The notes under the pieces are model-generated. The model did not search any database. It had not been told where the DNA came from and was given only the letters and a program-made list of their open reading frames with translations. A stretch of 64,000 nucleotides of DNA from Mytilus edulis. Taxonomy: Eukaryota. Of this stretch, positions 1-12,224 are shown in pieces. The stretch covers positions 22,692,001 through 22,756,000 of the forward strand of contig NC_092344.1 of NCBI RefSeq assembly GCF_963676685.1. The letters run 5' to 3'. A program made the translations under genes and the position numbers. Within the stretch, counting starts at the first letter, position 1. Every line of letters begins with the position of its first letter.

Positions 1-179
1 CAAATTTCTGAATTCAGAAATAAAGAATTAATAAATTTCATTAAACAAAAGGTTAAAAAAAAATCTTAATTTCCACTTGTATTATTATTTCTGAAAAAAT
101 TAAGTTTAAATTAAAAAAAAAACCCAAGGAATTAAGAATATTATAACAACCAAATAATGTAAATTTCTTTGTTTTTCAG

Positions 180-267
180 AGGTTTAACACCAGAAGAAGC
201 AGAATTGCAATATTTAGAAAATGCCAAAAAATTAGCTATGTATGGTGTTGATTTACATCAAGCTAGA
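180..267 (+). CDS. EPB41: Protein 4.1 exon, FERM domain ([29 protein letters not shown])
   Basis: ttttcag acceptor, gtaagt donor; typical FERM motif [16 protein letters not shown]. Confidence 0.93.
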
Positions 268-880
268 GTAAGTTTTCATTTATAGAATATAATTCATTAC
301 ATGTACTTTAAGACATAAAAGAGAGTAATATTTTCTTAAATTGGTTCCCTCTTATTTAGTTTGCCTGAACCAAAGGTTATGTAACTTATATATTGAAAGC
401 TTATTACAACAAGATCTGATTTGAATTTGGATAACTTCACTTTCATCGTTCTTGAGTTATGTCCCTTTATAAATAAATAAAAAAAATGCTGAATGGTTGT
501 TTACAAACTTAGCCACAACTATTTGTTCTGAAACATATTGTTTATTTTTACCAAACACATATTATATCCAATTTAGGTGGCATGGCTTACCTCTCTTCAG
601 TTACAAATGGAAAATTGTTGAATTTTCTATTTCCACTCTAAACCGAATCTTATAAAACTTATGCACAATACTTATGACCTCGTAACACAGATCAAGTTGG
701 TGAATTTTCCCCTTCTGCAGTGTTTAACTATATACCCTTTGAAAACTGTGATTTAACATCTTGTTTCAAAATGTCTGAAGGCCTTATATTTATGTTTTGC
801 ATTTTTATTATTAAATGTTTACCATAGATTTATATTAAGGTTTGTGTTTTGGATTAAAACCAACCATTATCTTTTTTCAG

Positions 881-1033
881 GATTCCACAGGAGTAAAGTT
901 AAAGTTAGGAGTTTGTGCCAGTGGTATACAAGTATATAAAGACAAATTACGAATAAACAGATTTGTGTGGCCCGCCATTTTAAAACTTTCATACAAAAGG
1001 AATAACTTTTATGTAAAGAAAAGACCTACAGAG
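881..1033 (+). CDS. EPB41: Protein 4.1 exon, FERM C-lobe ([15 protein letters not shown]...FYVKKRPTE)
   Basis: ttttttcag/gtaaga boundaries; LGVCASG and [20 protein letters not shown] motif. Confidence 0.95.
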
Positions 1034-2024
1034 GTAAGATAATGCATTACATATTTTACATGATACTGTTTATAAAAAATAGGCAAAGGATGGAAAAGGT
1101 ATATTCAAACATGTATGTTGAAAACAAACTTACACTGCCATGGCAAAAATTTGACAAAAAGACAAAACAACAAATATGTGAAGCACAACATCTAAAACTT
1201 AAGATTGAGCAACATCAACATTAATACAGAGATTCATTAGACGTTTTATTTTTGTGTCTTAAAATATGATACCATATAAAATCTAGTAAATGTGTAGTGT
1301 TGTCATTTTTTTTAATGCTTTCTGTTGCAAACATTTTCATAAATCTCTTTAAGAATCTACTAGGCAAGTGAGGGAAACGTTCTTAAATGTTTATGTTTCA
1401 GAATCATGCTTTCCAACTTTTACATGTATGAAATATTTTGAACTGGATATTAAACAAACTTACTAAAATAATGCAAATTTGTCTGCCATCACTTAAAATC
1501 ACACAAGTTCTCTCAAAATATTGCATCATAATTCAAAACATTTGTCCTCATATCATAAAAGTCATTGTTGCATTACATTAGTTGGTTATTGGAGAAAGAC
1601 TTTATAGCTAAGGTCATTCATTGAACCAATTCAACCAAATACCCAAAAGTGAAAATACTACTATTGTTTAACTTGCTTTCTTTGAACATATTCTGATCAT
1701 TCAGATCAAGTTTTTTTTTGCTTCCTTGCCAGCCAATATTATAGGAATCAACACAATATGGTTGTGCTTTGGTATAAAGAAATAGACATGCTTTCTTTTA
1801 AAGGAGCAGATATTTTTGATTGGTTTGTTACCTAAAATTTTAGAGGTTTCATTTAAAAAGTCATGGATTCTGTGTGTTGTTGTAATTATGAAATCAAATA
1901 TAGCAGGTGACATATCTCTTCAATAAATGACTTGCATTGTAATGGAGTGATTGGCAAATCAAAATATGAGAATTATGAAGAAAATTATTAAAAAATACAT
2001 AAATAAAAACTTTATTTGTTTCAG

Positions 2025-2122
2025 AATGAAAAAGATGGTGAGACAATTGGTTTTAAATTAGAAAATCATAAAATGGCAAAAAGATTATGGAAAACCTGTG
2101 TAGAACACCATGCTTTCTTTAG
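2025..2122 (+). CDS. EPB41: Protein 4.1 exon, end of FERM ([26 protein letters not shown])
   Basis: tttcag/gtgaga boundaries; canonical LWKxCVEHHxFFR. Confidence 0.95.
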
Positions 2123-2352
2123 GTGAGAATTCATTTATATGAAAATTATTTTTTGTACTAAAAATTTGAACGGATGAAAGATTTAAGCAGATTTAATTTT
2201 TATTATAATTTCTCATAAAGCTTACATATTTGTGAATTGTAAATTTTTGTATTTCTGTTGTTTAAATTCAAGAATCCTTTGTATTTTGTTCATGTAATTT
2301 AAAAATTATGAAATATGTTTTTAAATATGCTATATGTTCCCTTGTTTTTCAG

Positions 2353-2531
2353 ATTACATCAATCAGATCCACCGAAAAGTTCAACATTTCCTAGATTTAA
2401 CTCAAAGTTTAGATATTCTGGTAGAACACAAAAACAAGTCCGGGATGAAGTGGAAAAGATTGAAAACAAACCAAAATTTGACAGAACACACTTCAAATAT
2501 AGCTCAATGCCACAAACAAACAACACAGAAG
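2353..2531 (+). CDS. EPB41: Protein 4.1 exon, FERM-adjacent (FA) region
   Basis: ttttcag/gttagt; SKFRYSGRTQ motif; phase matches neighbouring exons. Confidence 0.92.
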
Positions 2532-2945
2532 GTTAGTTAAAACACCATCATGTTTATGTAGACAGACTGCTTGGCTAGGAAAGTCTTGTCTCTTCCTTAA
2601 TGAATTTGAAACAATATATTTAATATTTAATGGTTTGATACAAAAATCTTTGTTAAGTAGTGCATATTTCTTTCACTGTAAGAAATTAAAATCTTTAGCT
2701 CATCTTAGATCAGCAGATGTTATACTGTTGAGTTGAAGTAAGGAAAGATTTTTTGTGTATCACATGTATCCACTTTAAGTCGCATATTGATCAGCAAGAC
2801 TAGATCTACCAATAAGTCAAACATGCCAAAACTTTTATACAGCACAGCACATTTCAGCAATGAAGAATTCATTATGACTTGAAATTTATAAAATAAAAAC
2901 TCCCTGCAATTCAGTAAACAAACTAAATATTGTATTTTTCACTAG

Positions 2946-3148
2946 GTTATAACCATGGTTACCCAGACGAGAAAGATAGAACAGATCAGAAAGGTGTGAC
3001 AACACCGTCAACAGAGAGTGGACCTCCTCCATACTTTACCGATAGCCAGGGGCCTGATGGATACAATACACTAGAATCCTCAGCAGACAAACCTAACTCT
3101 CTGGGCAATATGTCAGAGGACAGAACAGACAGAACTCCTGGTCATGAG
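2946..3148 (+). CDS. EPB41: Protein 4.1 exon, variable region (GYNHGYPDEKDRTD...PGHE)
   Basis: ttcactag/gttagt; open frame, phase 1 to phase 0. Confidence 0.85.
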
Positions 3149-4425
3149 GTTAGTTACTATATTATTATACCCCCTCTATAAAAAAAAGTGGGGGTATACA
3201 GTTTTACCTCTGTCTGTTTGTCCAAAAGTCTGTCAATATTTTTAAATATCTTTCTCAAGAACTGCACCATAAGGACTCCCTAAAATTTGGTTTCAGGGTT
3301 TATATAATTCAGCTTTACCTTGTGATGCGTTTTCAAATTCATCACACAACAACTTCCTGTATACCGAAATATTTGGGCGGGGTATCATCAGTGAGCAGTA
3401 GCTAGCAGTTTCACTTGTATTTGTTTCATTATGCAGAATACTATTTTCACCAAATTGATAGTGCGATGAATATATGTAATTGAGAGATATTTGGTGACTT
3501 TATGCAGCAAGTCATTCTTTTCAGAGCATTAATTTATTTACAAAAAATTCACAGACACATAGCATAGCAAAATCATTACTTATGGTAAAGAAACAATTCC
3601 CTTAAAAAAAAATTTGTAACACTATGGTTTTAGCTGATTGTTTTATAAATATATAAAGTTTTCTCTTTTAAATTGTTCTCATATTTTCATCCCTGGATCT
3701 TTGATAGCTTACTCCATGGTATGTGGGACTTATAGTTATTCTTGTATTTTAAACTTTGATAGATAGTTGTAAAATTGGCAATCTTACTTTTATCCAAGGG
3801 AAATAACTTTTGCCAAATAAAAAAAGAAACATTTTGATAAAATCATAGAAGTCAAAATTCTGCAACTGTTTATTTTAAAGGTTCTTTAAATGATTTTTAA
3901 ACATGTTAAATTATAGTTAAGCTAATTAGATGTCATTTGATAGTAGAAGAATCATACACAAATTTTTAGGTAAGATAGCATTAAGGGGATATAGTATTGT
4001 CATGATCTTGTTGACCAACAAAAGCCAAAATAAGATGCATAGAACTTGTCAATATTTTCAATATATACTAAATAGTATTCCAAACAAACTTATTTGTAAC
4101 ATTTCCTGCCTACAGCTTTGAAGTATAAGTAATGCTGTAAACTAACTAATTTGTGAGAGACTCATTTTTGCGACTTTTGCTGGTTGAGAAAAATAATGTA
4201 AATTTAAATTACCTTGAATATGTGAATACTGGATCTTCACTTGTATAAGTAAAAAAGGAAAATGAAAAGATCCAGAAAATGAATTAAATTACAGTTTTTT
4301 TGTAGGAGTTTCACTAACCTTTCTATCTACTTAAAAGTGAAACATACAAAACTTAGAGCCAGTTTAGAGTAGACTTACATTGTATATGTAGTGTGGAGAC
4401 ATTATATGTAATTTGTGTATTTTAG

Positions 4426-4635
4426 GATGCAACACAAGATTGGTCACCAGGTGCTGGTGATGCAGCCACTTTAGAAGCTCAAAGAAGAGGGAAAAAGTCA
4501 AAAGAAGATAAAGAAAGAGAAAAAAAGGAAAAGGAAGAAGAAAAGAGAAGGAAAAAGGAAGAGGAGAAGGAAAGAAAACGATTAGAAAAAGAAAGAAAAC
4601 AAGGAAAAGGTGCTGAAGACAGAACAGATAAAATG
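4426..4635 (+). CDS. EPB41: Protein 4.1 exon, charged K/E/R-rich (DATQDWSPG...RTDKM)
   Basis: attttag/gtaagg; 210 nt, open frame, purine-rich coding composition. Confidence 0.85.
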
Positions 4636-5236
4636 GTAAGGTTTGATCAGCTGTCCTATTTTCATGAATATATCTTCCTTATGGACTATAACTCAATATT
4701 TACAATTTTTTCTCCCAAGATGATGGTTACATAGTTTTATAACACAAGCCCTTTCTAATAAATTGCTGTGTGTAATTTTTAAGATAAATTTAAAAAAAAC
4801 AAGAAGTACATCTGAAGTATAAATAACCACAGGTCAATATAATATCTCACAATCAACAAACCTGGTCTGCAAAATTAAGTTTAAGTTTTAGAATTAAAAG
4901 TGATTGAACAATATTGCTATATAAATTTAAGAAGATGTGGTATGATTGCCAATAAGACAAATTTCAACCAGAGATTAAATGATATAGAAGTTAGCACTTG
5001 TCACTGAAAAGCATTCTACGATGAGCAAAACCCATACCCCATAGCAAACTATAGAAGTCTCGAAGATGATGAATGTAAAACAAATCAAACGTGAAAATTA
5101 ACAGCCTGATTTATGTGCAAAAGGATAAACAAATACTCCCATAACCTGGAACAACAGTATAAAGTAAGAAAAAACTATCAAAATATGCATGATTTTATAG
5201 ATTTAAGATTTCAAAGGATGATACAATTTGTTTCAG

Positions 5237-5302
5237 GGTGATGAATCAGCAACATTAGGTTTGAATGGTGAACATTACCCAGGATCTGCTGGTCTCGATT
5301 CT
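5237..5302 (+). CDS. EPB41: Protein 4.1 small exon (GDESATLGLNGEHYPGSAGLDS)
   Basis: tgtttcag/gtaagt; 66 nt, phase 0-0. Confidence 0.8.
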
Positions 5303-6063
5303 GTAAGTGTTTTAAACAAGATTGACTCCAAACGGCTAGTGAAATCTGTAAAGCTCTTTAAATTCTTATTTTGGTTCGTTTATTTTTAAACATTTGACAG
5401 TCTTTTAAGAGATTTATTTTGTCAATTGTACATGGTTAAATATATAGCAATCTATTAACATCTTCACCCATGGATTTATTTCTGTTTTAGGGAAAGTTTT
5501 TGATGTTAACCCAAACTATTAGAAATGTAGAATTTCTATTAATATTTTTATTTGTTTGAAAGGTTTTGATAAATATTCTAAAACAGACATAAATACAAGT
5601 TATAGTAATAAAGATTGTAAAGAGACTTAAAGAAACACATTTGTATTTTTAGGCTAGTTGCATGATCAAAAACTGACTGTCTTTGTGAAATCAGTATTAT
5701 TTTCTGTCTGATAAATTGGAAAGGCATAGATTAAATATATACTGGCTAGTAAGATCTGGAATGAAATTATTTCAGAACTGGAGATTACATTTATTAAACC
5801 AGTGTCAGATATTCTACAATGAGAATATATATAGCTACAGCAAATATGAAGTCTGATCATATATCATTTTGTTTTGAGTATCATTAGCTAGAAAAACTGT
5901 GATATATTTATAGTGCAGCAATTATTATCTTCTTATGTAATGTAATTTTAAAACATGCTTTCATCAAGGTTCAAGTGTAGTTACAATTGTATTGAAGCAT
6001 GTTGTGTGTCTTTAACAAAATGTTGTTTGTGCATCATATTAACATGTATTTATGTTATACCAG

Positions 6064-6111
6064 GGGAAGATAACTGCGTTAGCACCACCAGATGGAGCTG
6101 ATTCAAGAAAG
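6064..6111 (+). CDS. EPB41: Protein 4.1 candidate small exon (GKITALAPPDGADSRK)
   Basis: taccag/gttaaa; 48 nt, phase 0-0, GC-richer than flanks; weak donor. Confidence 0.6.
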
Positions 6112-6391
6112 GTTAAAATTCATTTATTCCCATATTATATCAAGCATAATAGTCCAGTAATTTCTTTTTTGTTTGATGAGATCATTTATTATTTCAAATT
6201 TAAGTTTCTTTGCAGTTTTGAAAACATCAATTCTAAGTTTTAGTTTATCATAATAATTTAAAACCATTTTTCTCCTCAATATTTTTAAGTTAATGAATTA
6301 CTTTTTTCATTAAGTTAAAAAAAAATCATAAAAAGCAAGTTATTTTTCTTTAAACCTGATTTTGTAATTTCAAGAATCATTTTCAAAACAG

Positions 6392-6847
6392 GATTTAGAA
6401 CAACAGCCAAAGGCTGAGACAACAATTGATGATTCTTATAACAATATGGGTACTGGGCCTGGTATTGGAATTGCTCCCCCGCTGGTATCAGAAAAACAAA
6501 GGTCAGTTGCCTCCCCTGAAACTGACATAGATGATGATGATGCTGAGAGAAGGAAGAGAGAGAATGATAATAAATTAAATAGAGATGATGATTCTAAAAT
6601 GAATAGAGATGATGATCCTAAATTGAGTAGAGATGATGGTCATAGAAAGTCAGATAAATTTGATGATGATAAAAAGAAGGGTGACAAATCTAAAAGAAAA
6701 GAGTCGGACAAATCTAAAGACAAGAAATCTGGTTTCTTCGGAAGACTCAGGTCTCCAAAGGACAAGGATTCCAAGAAAGGAAAGGGGAAGGAAACTGACA
6801 TTGATTCTGCTCCAGGAAGTCCAACCAGCCCTGATTCAGCATATCAG
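6392..6847 (+). CDS. EPB41: Protein 4.1 exon, D/K-rich variable region
   Basis: aaacag/gttaaa; 456 nt, in frame with ORF 6446-6961. Confidence 0.82.
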
Positions 6848-7400
6848 GTTAAAAAACACACCTGCTTGCTTAAAATTATATTAGGGCAATGCATATGTAT
6901 GTGCTATATGCTTAAAATCATTTTATTTATACAATTTTACATGTATTTTTTATATTCATAAATATATGATTTTTATTTTCTAAAACTTTTTTTCATAAAA
7001 TATAGCTTCTAGCAATATAAAGATATACATGAAACTCCCTTTTCAATATAGTATATTACATTTTGCATTGTAGACTAGTTGATGCCATGTTGCTTTTATT
7101 TGTTGGGGAATTAGTTTTTATAAATAATGCCTTTGCTTTTATAAGATGTTTGTTTAATTATTTCAGTTATTGTTGACGACTTTCTGGTACATTTAAATTT
7201 TATATTAAGATTTTTAAAGTATTATCTATTTTGACTTCCCCTTCTTGACTAACTCGTATTTGAAGTGTGTAAAGCAGGGAACTGAGTGTATAAGTCTTAT
7301 AGGTTAGCTTCTTGTAGAAAAATACATTTCAAAATAGAAATAATTGTATATATGAGCATTTTGATAAAAAAAAAATTATAGAATTTAACTATAGAAATAA

Positions 7401-7869
7401 GCATGTTTTAATACTTACAGTTTTTGGCATGATCTTATTTCCTTTGACAAAGTACAACAATGGTGACAAGATAACGTGTTTCCTGAAATATCACAAAGTA
7501 CTTTTAAAAGGAAGTAATATGACAATGACTATGTATATTTTTATCATAGATTTTATGTGAAGAATTTCACAACTAATTATAGATTTGAGAGTAAGCATGA
7601 CAAGCTTGAAACAGTAATGAACCTACCACTGTGGAGTTACAAAGGTAAAATTATGCATGGACACTTAAAGCAAGACGATAAATCTACTGGCTGCCAAGCA
7701 GCAAGAAATTATCTTACCATTCAGCATGGACTTCAAAGTGACACCAAAGCATGGTCTAAATTAATAGCAATTTATTATTAGATTTATCAAATGGAAAATC
7801 TATCAAAGACTCATGATCATTTGCATACTTGTAATTCAGCATGGCATGGAAATAATACTCTAAGGCATG
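7401..7869 (+). promoter_or_regulatory. Cluster of nine GCATG (RBFOX-type) motifs upstream of the giant exon
   Basis: GCATG at 7401, 7427, 7595, 7655, 7724, 7749, 7839, 7844, 7865. Confidence 0.6.
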
Positions 7870-7935
7870 AGTTTCAACTATAATAGAACAAATGATATTA
7901 GCTGTATGGCTAATTATATCTATCTTTTTCTTTAG

Positions 7936-10206
7936 AAAGAGACAATTGTCAAGGAAACCAATATAGTGGAAGAAACACAAATCAGCAATATTGTCCAACC
8001 TGCTGTTAATGAAACTTCTGAAAAAGTTAGAGAGGTAGTGATAACTGTGGTGGCTAAAGAAGAAATGAAAACAGAGATACCAGAAGTAAAAGTTGAAGAA
8101 AAAATTGTAGAAACTGTCAATAACAAAGATGCTTCTGAAAAGGTTATAGATGAAGTGGATGGTTGTTGTGTAGGAAGGAACACTAATAATGAGATTGAGG
8201 AAGTAAAAGTAGTTACTGAGGAAATAACTGCTGAAATAGAAACAAAAGACGTTGAGAAAATAATGGAGAACAAGGAAGTGGAAGAAAACTTAGCAGATTT
8301 GTCTAAGTCTGAGGAAAATAGAACTGTTGAGAGGATTATTGTAGAAGAGGAGATTGTAATAGAGGATAAGACAGTTAACAACGAAGAGGAAGTTAAAAAA
8401 GAAACCTCTAATGGTCCTTTAATTGAGACTATTGAAGATGAAGTATTTACTACAGAAGTACATAAAACCGAATCAGTTGGTCTCCCAATGATCAGTAATC
8501 ACGTTGGATCAGAGACTGGTAGTTTAAGTAGCGATAGTAGTGATGACGAGGAGGTGTGTGGCTCTTATCATGTAGAATCTCCCATGGAGGAAACTCCACC
8601 TAAAGTGAAAGTAGAAACTATTGTAGAAGAGGAACAAAGTGAAAGTAGAGTTGAAGTTTTTAATTGTAATGAAACAGAAACTATTCCAGTAAAACAAACT
8701 CAACTTGAAGTAAAAACAGAAATTAAAGTAATAGATAGTCCTGTTATATCAGTAAGAGAAAAACAAACGGAGAACGAAACAGAAATTGTGACTACAGATG
8801 AGAAAGATATAGTTGATAGTGTCAAAGTTACTGAAACAGAAACTGTATCTGAAGTAAAGCAGGACATCCAAACTGAAGTTCAGAAAGATTTATATGTATC
8901 AAATGATGTTCAGGGTGAAACACTAAATAATAAAGAGACATTGGTTGATGATAAAAAGGATGATTGTGAGAGAAAAGTGGATGAAAAAAGGGATTTTGAT
9001 GTTGTAGTTTCTGAACAAAAGTGTGTATCGCCTGATGGTAGTCAAGTTATATCACATCGTTCTGAAAGAAAGACTGAAACCATTCAAAAAGAGGTTTTAA
9101 CGCATACCCGGAGAGAACTGAAGCCTGAAGAATTTGAGAAATACAAAAAAGAAATAGAAGCTGCAGACAAGAAGAATAGAATGGGATTACAAGATGAATT
9201 AGGGGAAGTTAGACAAGTCATAGAAACTGTTGTAGTTACAGATATTAAAAACGATAGTGGAAATATTGTATCAGAGGAAAGAAAAGAAAAACCTGAAATA
9301 GAAGAACCAAAGGAGGTAAAAGCACCTGTTGAATCAGATGATAAGAAAGAGGAGAGTGTCATTGAGGTCAAAGTTGTGAAATCTGAAAATACATTAGAGG
9401 AAAATGTCAAAAAGATGAAATATATTGATGAAAGCTCTGGTGATAGTGTCAGTGAAAAGGTGAAGGAACATGATGAAACACCTGAAGTTGTTAAACAGGT
9501 AGTTAACGAGGAGGCTGGGAATGACAATGTAGCTCCAAAGTTGGATAAAAAGGAGAGCATGCGATTGAAAAAAGAAGAAAAAGAAAGGAAAAAGAAGGAA
9601 CTTGCTGAAGAAAAAGAAAGAAAGAAAAGAGAAATACAGGAAGAAAAGGAGAGGGTGAAAAGGGAAAAGATGGAAGAAAAAGAGAGGAAGAAGAAGGAAA
9701 AGGAAGCAGAAAAAGAAAAGAAAAAAAAGGAAAAGGAAGAGAAAAAAGCTAAGAAAAACAAAAAGACTGTGGTAGTTGTAGAACAAGGCATAGAAGAAGT
9801 ACCAGATACAAATGTTGAAAAGAAAGAATCAGAAAAAGAAAAGACGGGAGTGATTGTGGAGGAAGTTGTAGAGGAACGTGTACCAACAGCTATAGCTATG
9901 GTCATGGCAAAACAGAAGGAAGACGAAAAAATGGAGGAAATAAATCTGAAAGATGAACCAGCTGAAGAGGAAACACCAAAACCAGAAGAACCAGTTGAAG
10001 AAACAAATAAAAAACAGAAAAAGCCAAAAAAAGAGAAAAAAGAAAAACAAAGTAAAAAGGAAAAGGAAAAGAAAACACCCAAAAATAAGAAAAAACATAA
10101 ATCTACGGGTTGTTTTGGAGCGTCTGGTGAACTCAGTTCTGATGAAGATGAGAAAGTTGAGGAGAAACCACCTGAAGAAGTAATAGAAGAAATAGTTCAG
10201 GAGGAG
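7936..10206 (+). CDS. EPB41: Protein 4.1 giant exon, 757 aa, E/K/V/T-rich low-complexity
   Basis: tttttctttag acceptor, gag|gttctt donor; 2271-nt uninterrupted frame (ORF 7966-10227), phase 0-0. Confidence 0.82.
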
Positions 10207-10456
10207 GTTCTTATATTTCAATTCTAGAAAATAGTAAAAATCGTAAAATATTGTGAAAAAATGTTCATTGACAATAATTGAATTTTGTTTTGAAATAGTA
10301 CTACTTTGGAAAAGGAAATAATTGATTTAACATTTTTTTATTCAAATTATTCTATGATGTAAATTAATTGTAAAGTAATTTTTTGTTTCTGTTTTCTGCA
10401 TTTATTTATTTATCTGAGAAATACAGTTTATTACGTATTTGTGTATAATTATATAG

Positions 10457-10498
10457 GAAGTGAAACCAGTAGAAGAGGTGAAAGTCAGTCCCAAACAG
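10457..10498 (+). CDS. EPB41: Protein 4.1 candidate micro-exon (EVKPVEEVKVSPKQ)
   Basis: atatag/gtgctc; 42 nt, phase 0-0, composition like the giant exon. Confidence 0.55.
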
Positions 10499-11194
10499 GT
10501 GCTCTATCACAAGCATGACAAACGTCATACTAAAACTTGTCAATCATTACTAATAAATAGTTGTATAACAAACCTTTATTACGGTTTTACATTGTACTAA
10601 ATATTGCTCATGAGCTCACAATATACTGATTGTTTCACTAATACTTTCTTGTAAAGTTCATTGTTGATTTGATTCTTTTTCGTGACTGCACTAATTCTGT
10701 TTATAATCATTTCCATACACTTTTCTGTCAATTACCCCTCCACCTTCTCATGTCCATACTTTTTGCCTGTTTGCTTTATTTCATTCCACTTACTAAAATT
10801 ATATGTCTTAACATATAGTATAATGAATTAGTACCCTAGTCTTGAGTCATTTTTCCTACACTCTATGTTGCTTATACCATACTGTGTAATATGTAATATA
10901 TGAACGACATGGTTCACCATATAAAATTTGTACCCATTTCTATTTATATAGAATTATCTATTTATAAAATAGACATTGTTTATTATTTTATTTTTTCATC
11001 ATTGTTCAATTGTCAGTTGAAATCAGTTTAATTTGTGATAATTTTAGATAGTAGTTAAGATACTTATAATTTGATTTGTCTCCAAGGAAAGTCTGATTTA
11101 AAGTAGCTGTTATTAATTGGAAAGTAAAAATACGTGAAGGATATTTAGTAAACATATTCATACATTAGGATGTAAATATAATATATTATTTCAG

Positions 11195-11257
11195 AAAGGG
11201 AAAGGGTTCGGTTGGGCTTTACCAGGGATGGAAGAGTTGCAGAAGAAAGGAACAAAG
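11195..11257 (+). CDS. EPB41: Protein 4.1 candidate small exon (KGKGFGWALPGMEELQKKGTK)
   Basis: atttcag/gtttga; 63 nt, phase 0-0, purine-rich. Confidence 0.6.
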
Positions 11258-11942
11258 GTTTGAGCTCATTCTTACAAAGCATGCAGCCAGTAACTTTGTT
11301 TCTGTCAATTTGCAATTGTTTTTGTTTTGGGGTTTTGAAATTGATAATTAACTTCCTAGCATGACATTTCAAATACCAGGATTCATAGCTTTTGTTTATT
11401 TTGTGGCAGTGTTTTTTTCTGCCTTTTGGATTTCATATTAGAAGGCTTTTCCCAGGGAATTTATTTCATTTTGTTATGTTGCATGTCACAGTGCATTTTT
11501 AGGGAGATATAATCATAAATCATTGATCAATATTTATTTTTTTATAAAGGGTGCAGTATTATTTGACAATGAATTTTAGGGTTTTTTATCATGAAATAGT
11601 TTTATGAGAGCAATTTTGTTTTCATTTTCCGCTGTAGTAATGCTTTTCTGTGGTAGATTTTGATTTACATTGCATTTCTTGAATGGTTTATTGGAAAATT
11701 TTATATTGAATGGGTAGGTCCCATCCTTGATTTTGAATTGTATAAAAATTACATGCTTTAAAAAGATATTTGTAGTTGGTTGCTCAAAGCATGAAGTACT
11801 GTTCATGCATTCGGCTGATACACAATAGATCAATAGAGATTTTATTCTGTTATTACTGATTTACTGTTTTTAGTCATTAGACAGTATTAAGTATAAATAT
11901 TAGTGATAACTTTTAGTCAGTAGCTTAAAATTCATCCTGCAG

Positions 11943-12224
11943 CATGAAGACAAGACTAAACGACATAGTACTACCTCATCCCATTCAACACACTCTACTC
12001 ACGATGACAACGCCAAAGCACCTATAGCTGACCTCACGGAAATGCAGGATCAAAATATGCAGAATTTGGAACCAGTCAGTATGAACGAAGAAAAAATGAC
12101 TGAATCTGCACCAAAGGAAGTTCCAGAATCATGTGCGACAGAGGTTGAGGAAGTACGGGAAATAATTGATGTGGTAGAGAAGAAAGAAAATGTTATGACT
12201 GAAGCAGCTATTACAACTCCAGAG
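11943..12224 (+). CDS. EPB41: Protein 4.1 variable exon (HEDKTKRHS...AITTPE)
   Basis: tcctgcag/gtttgg; 282 nt, in frame with ORF 12042-12302. Confidence 0.72.

Noticed and set aside
7932-10221. Long minus-strand F/S/L-rich ORFs (149, 332, 130, 130 aa)
   Set aside because: Antisense shadows of the purine-rich giant exon
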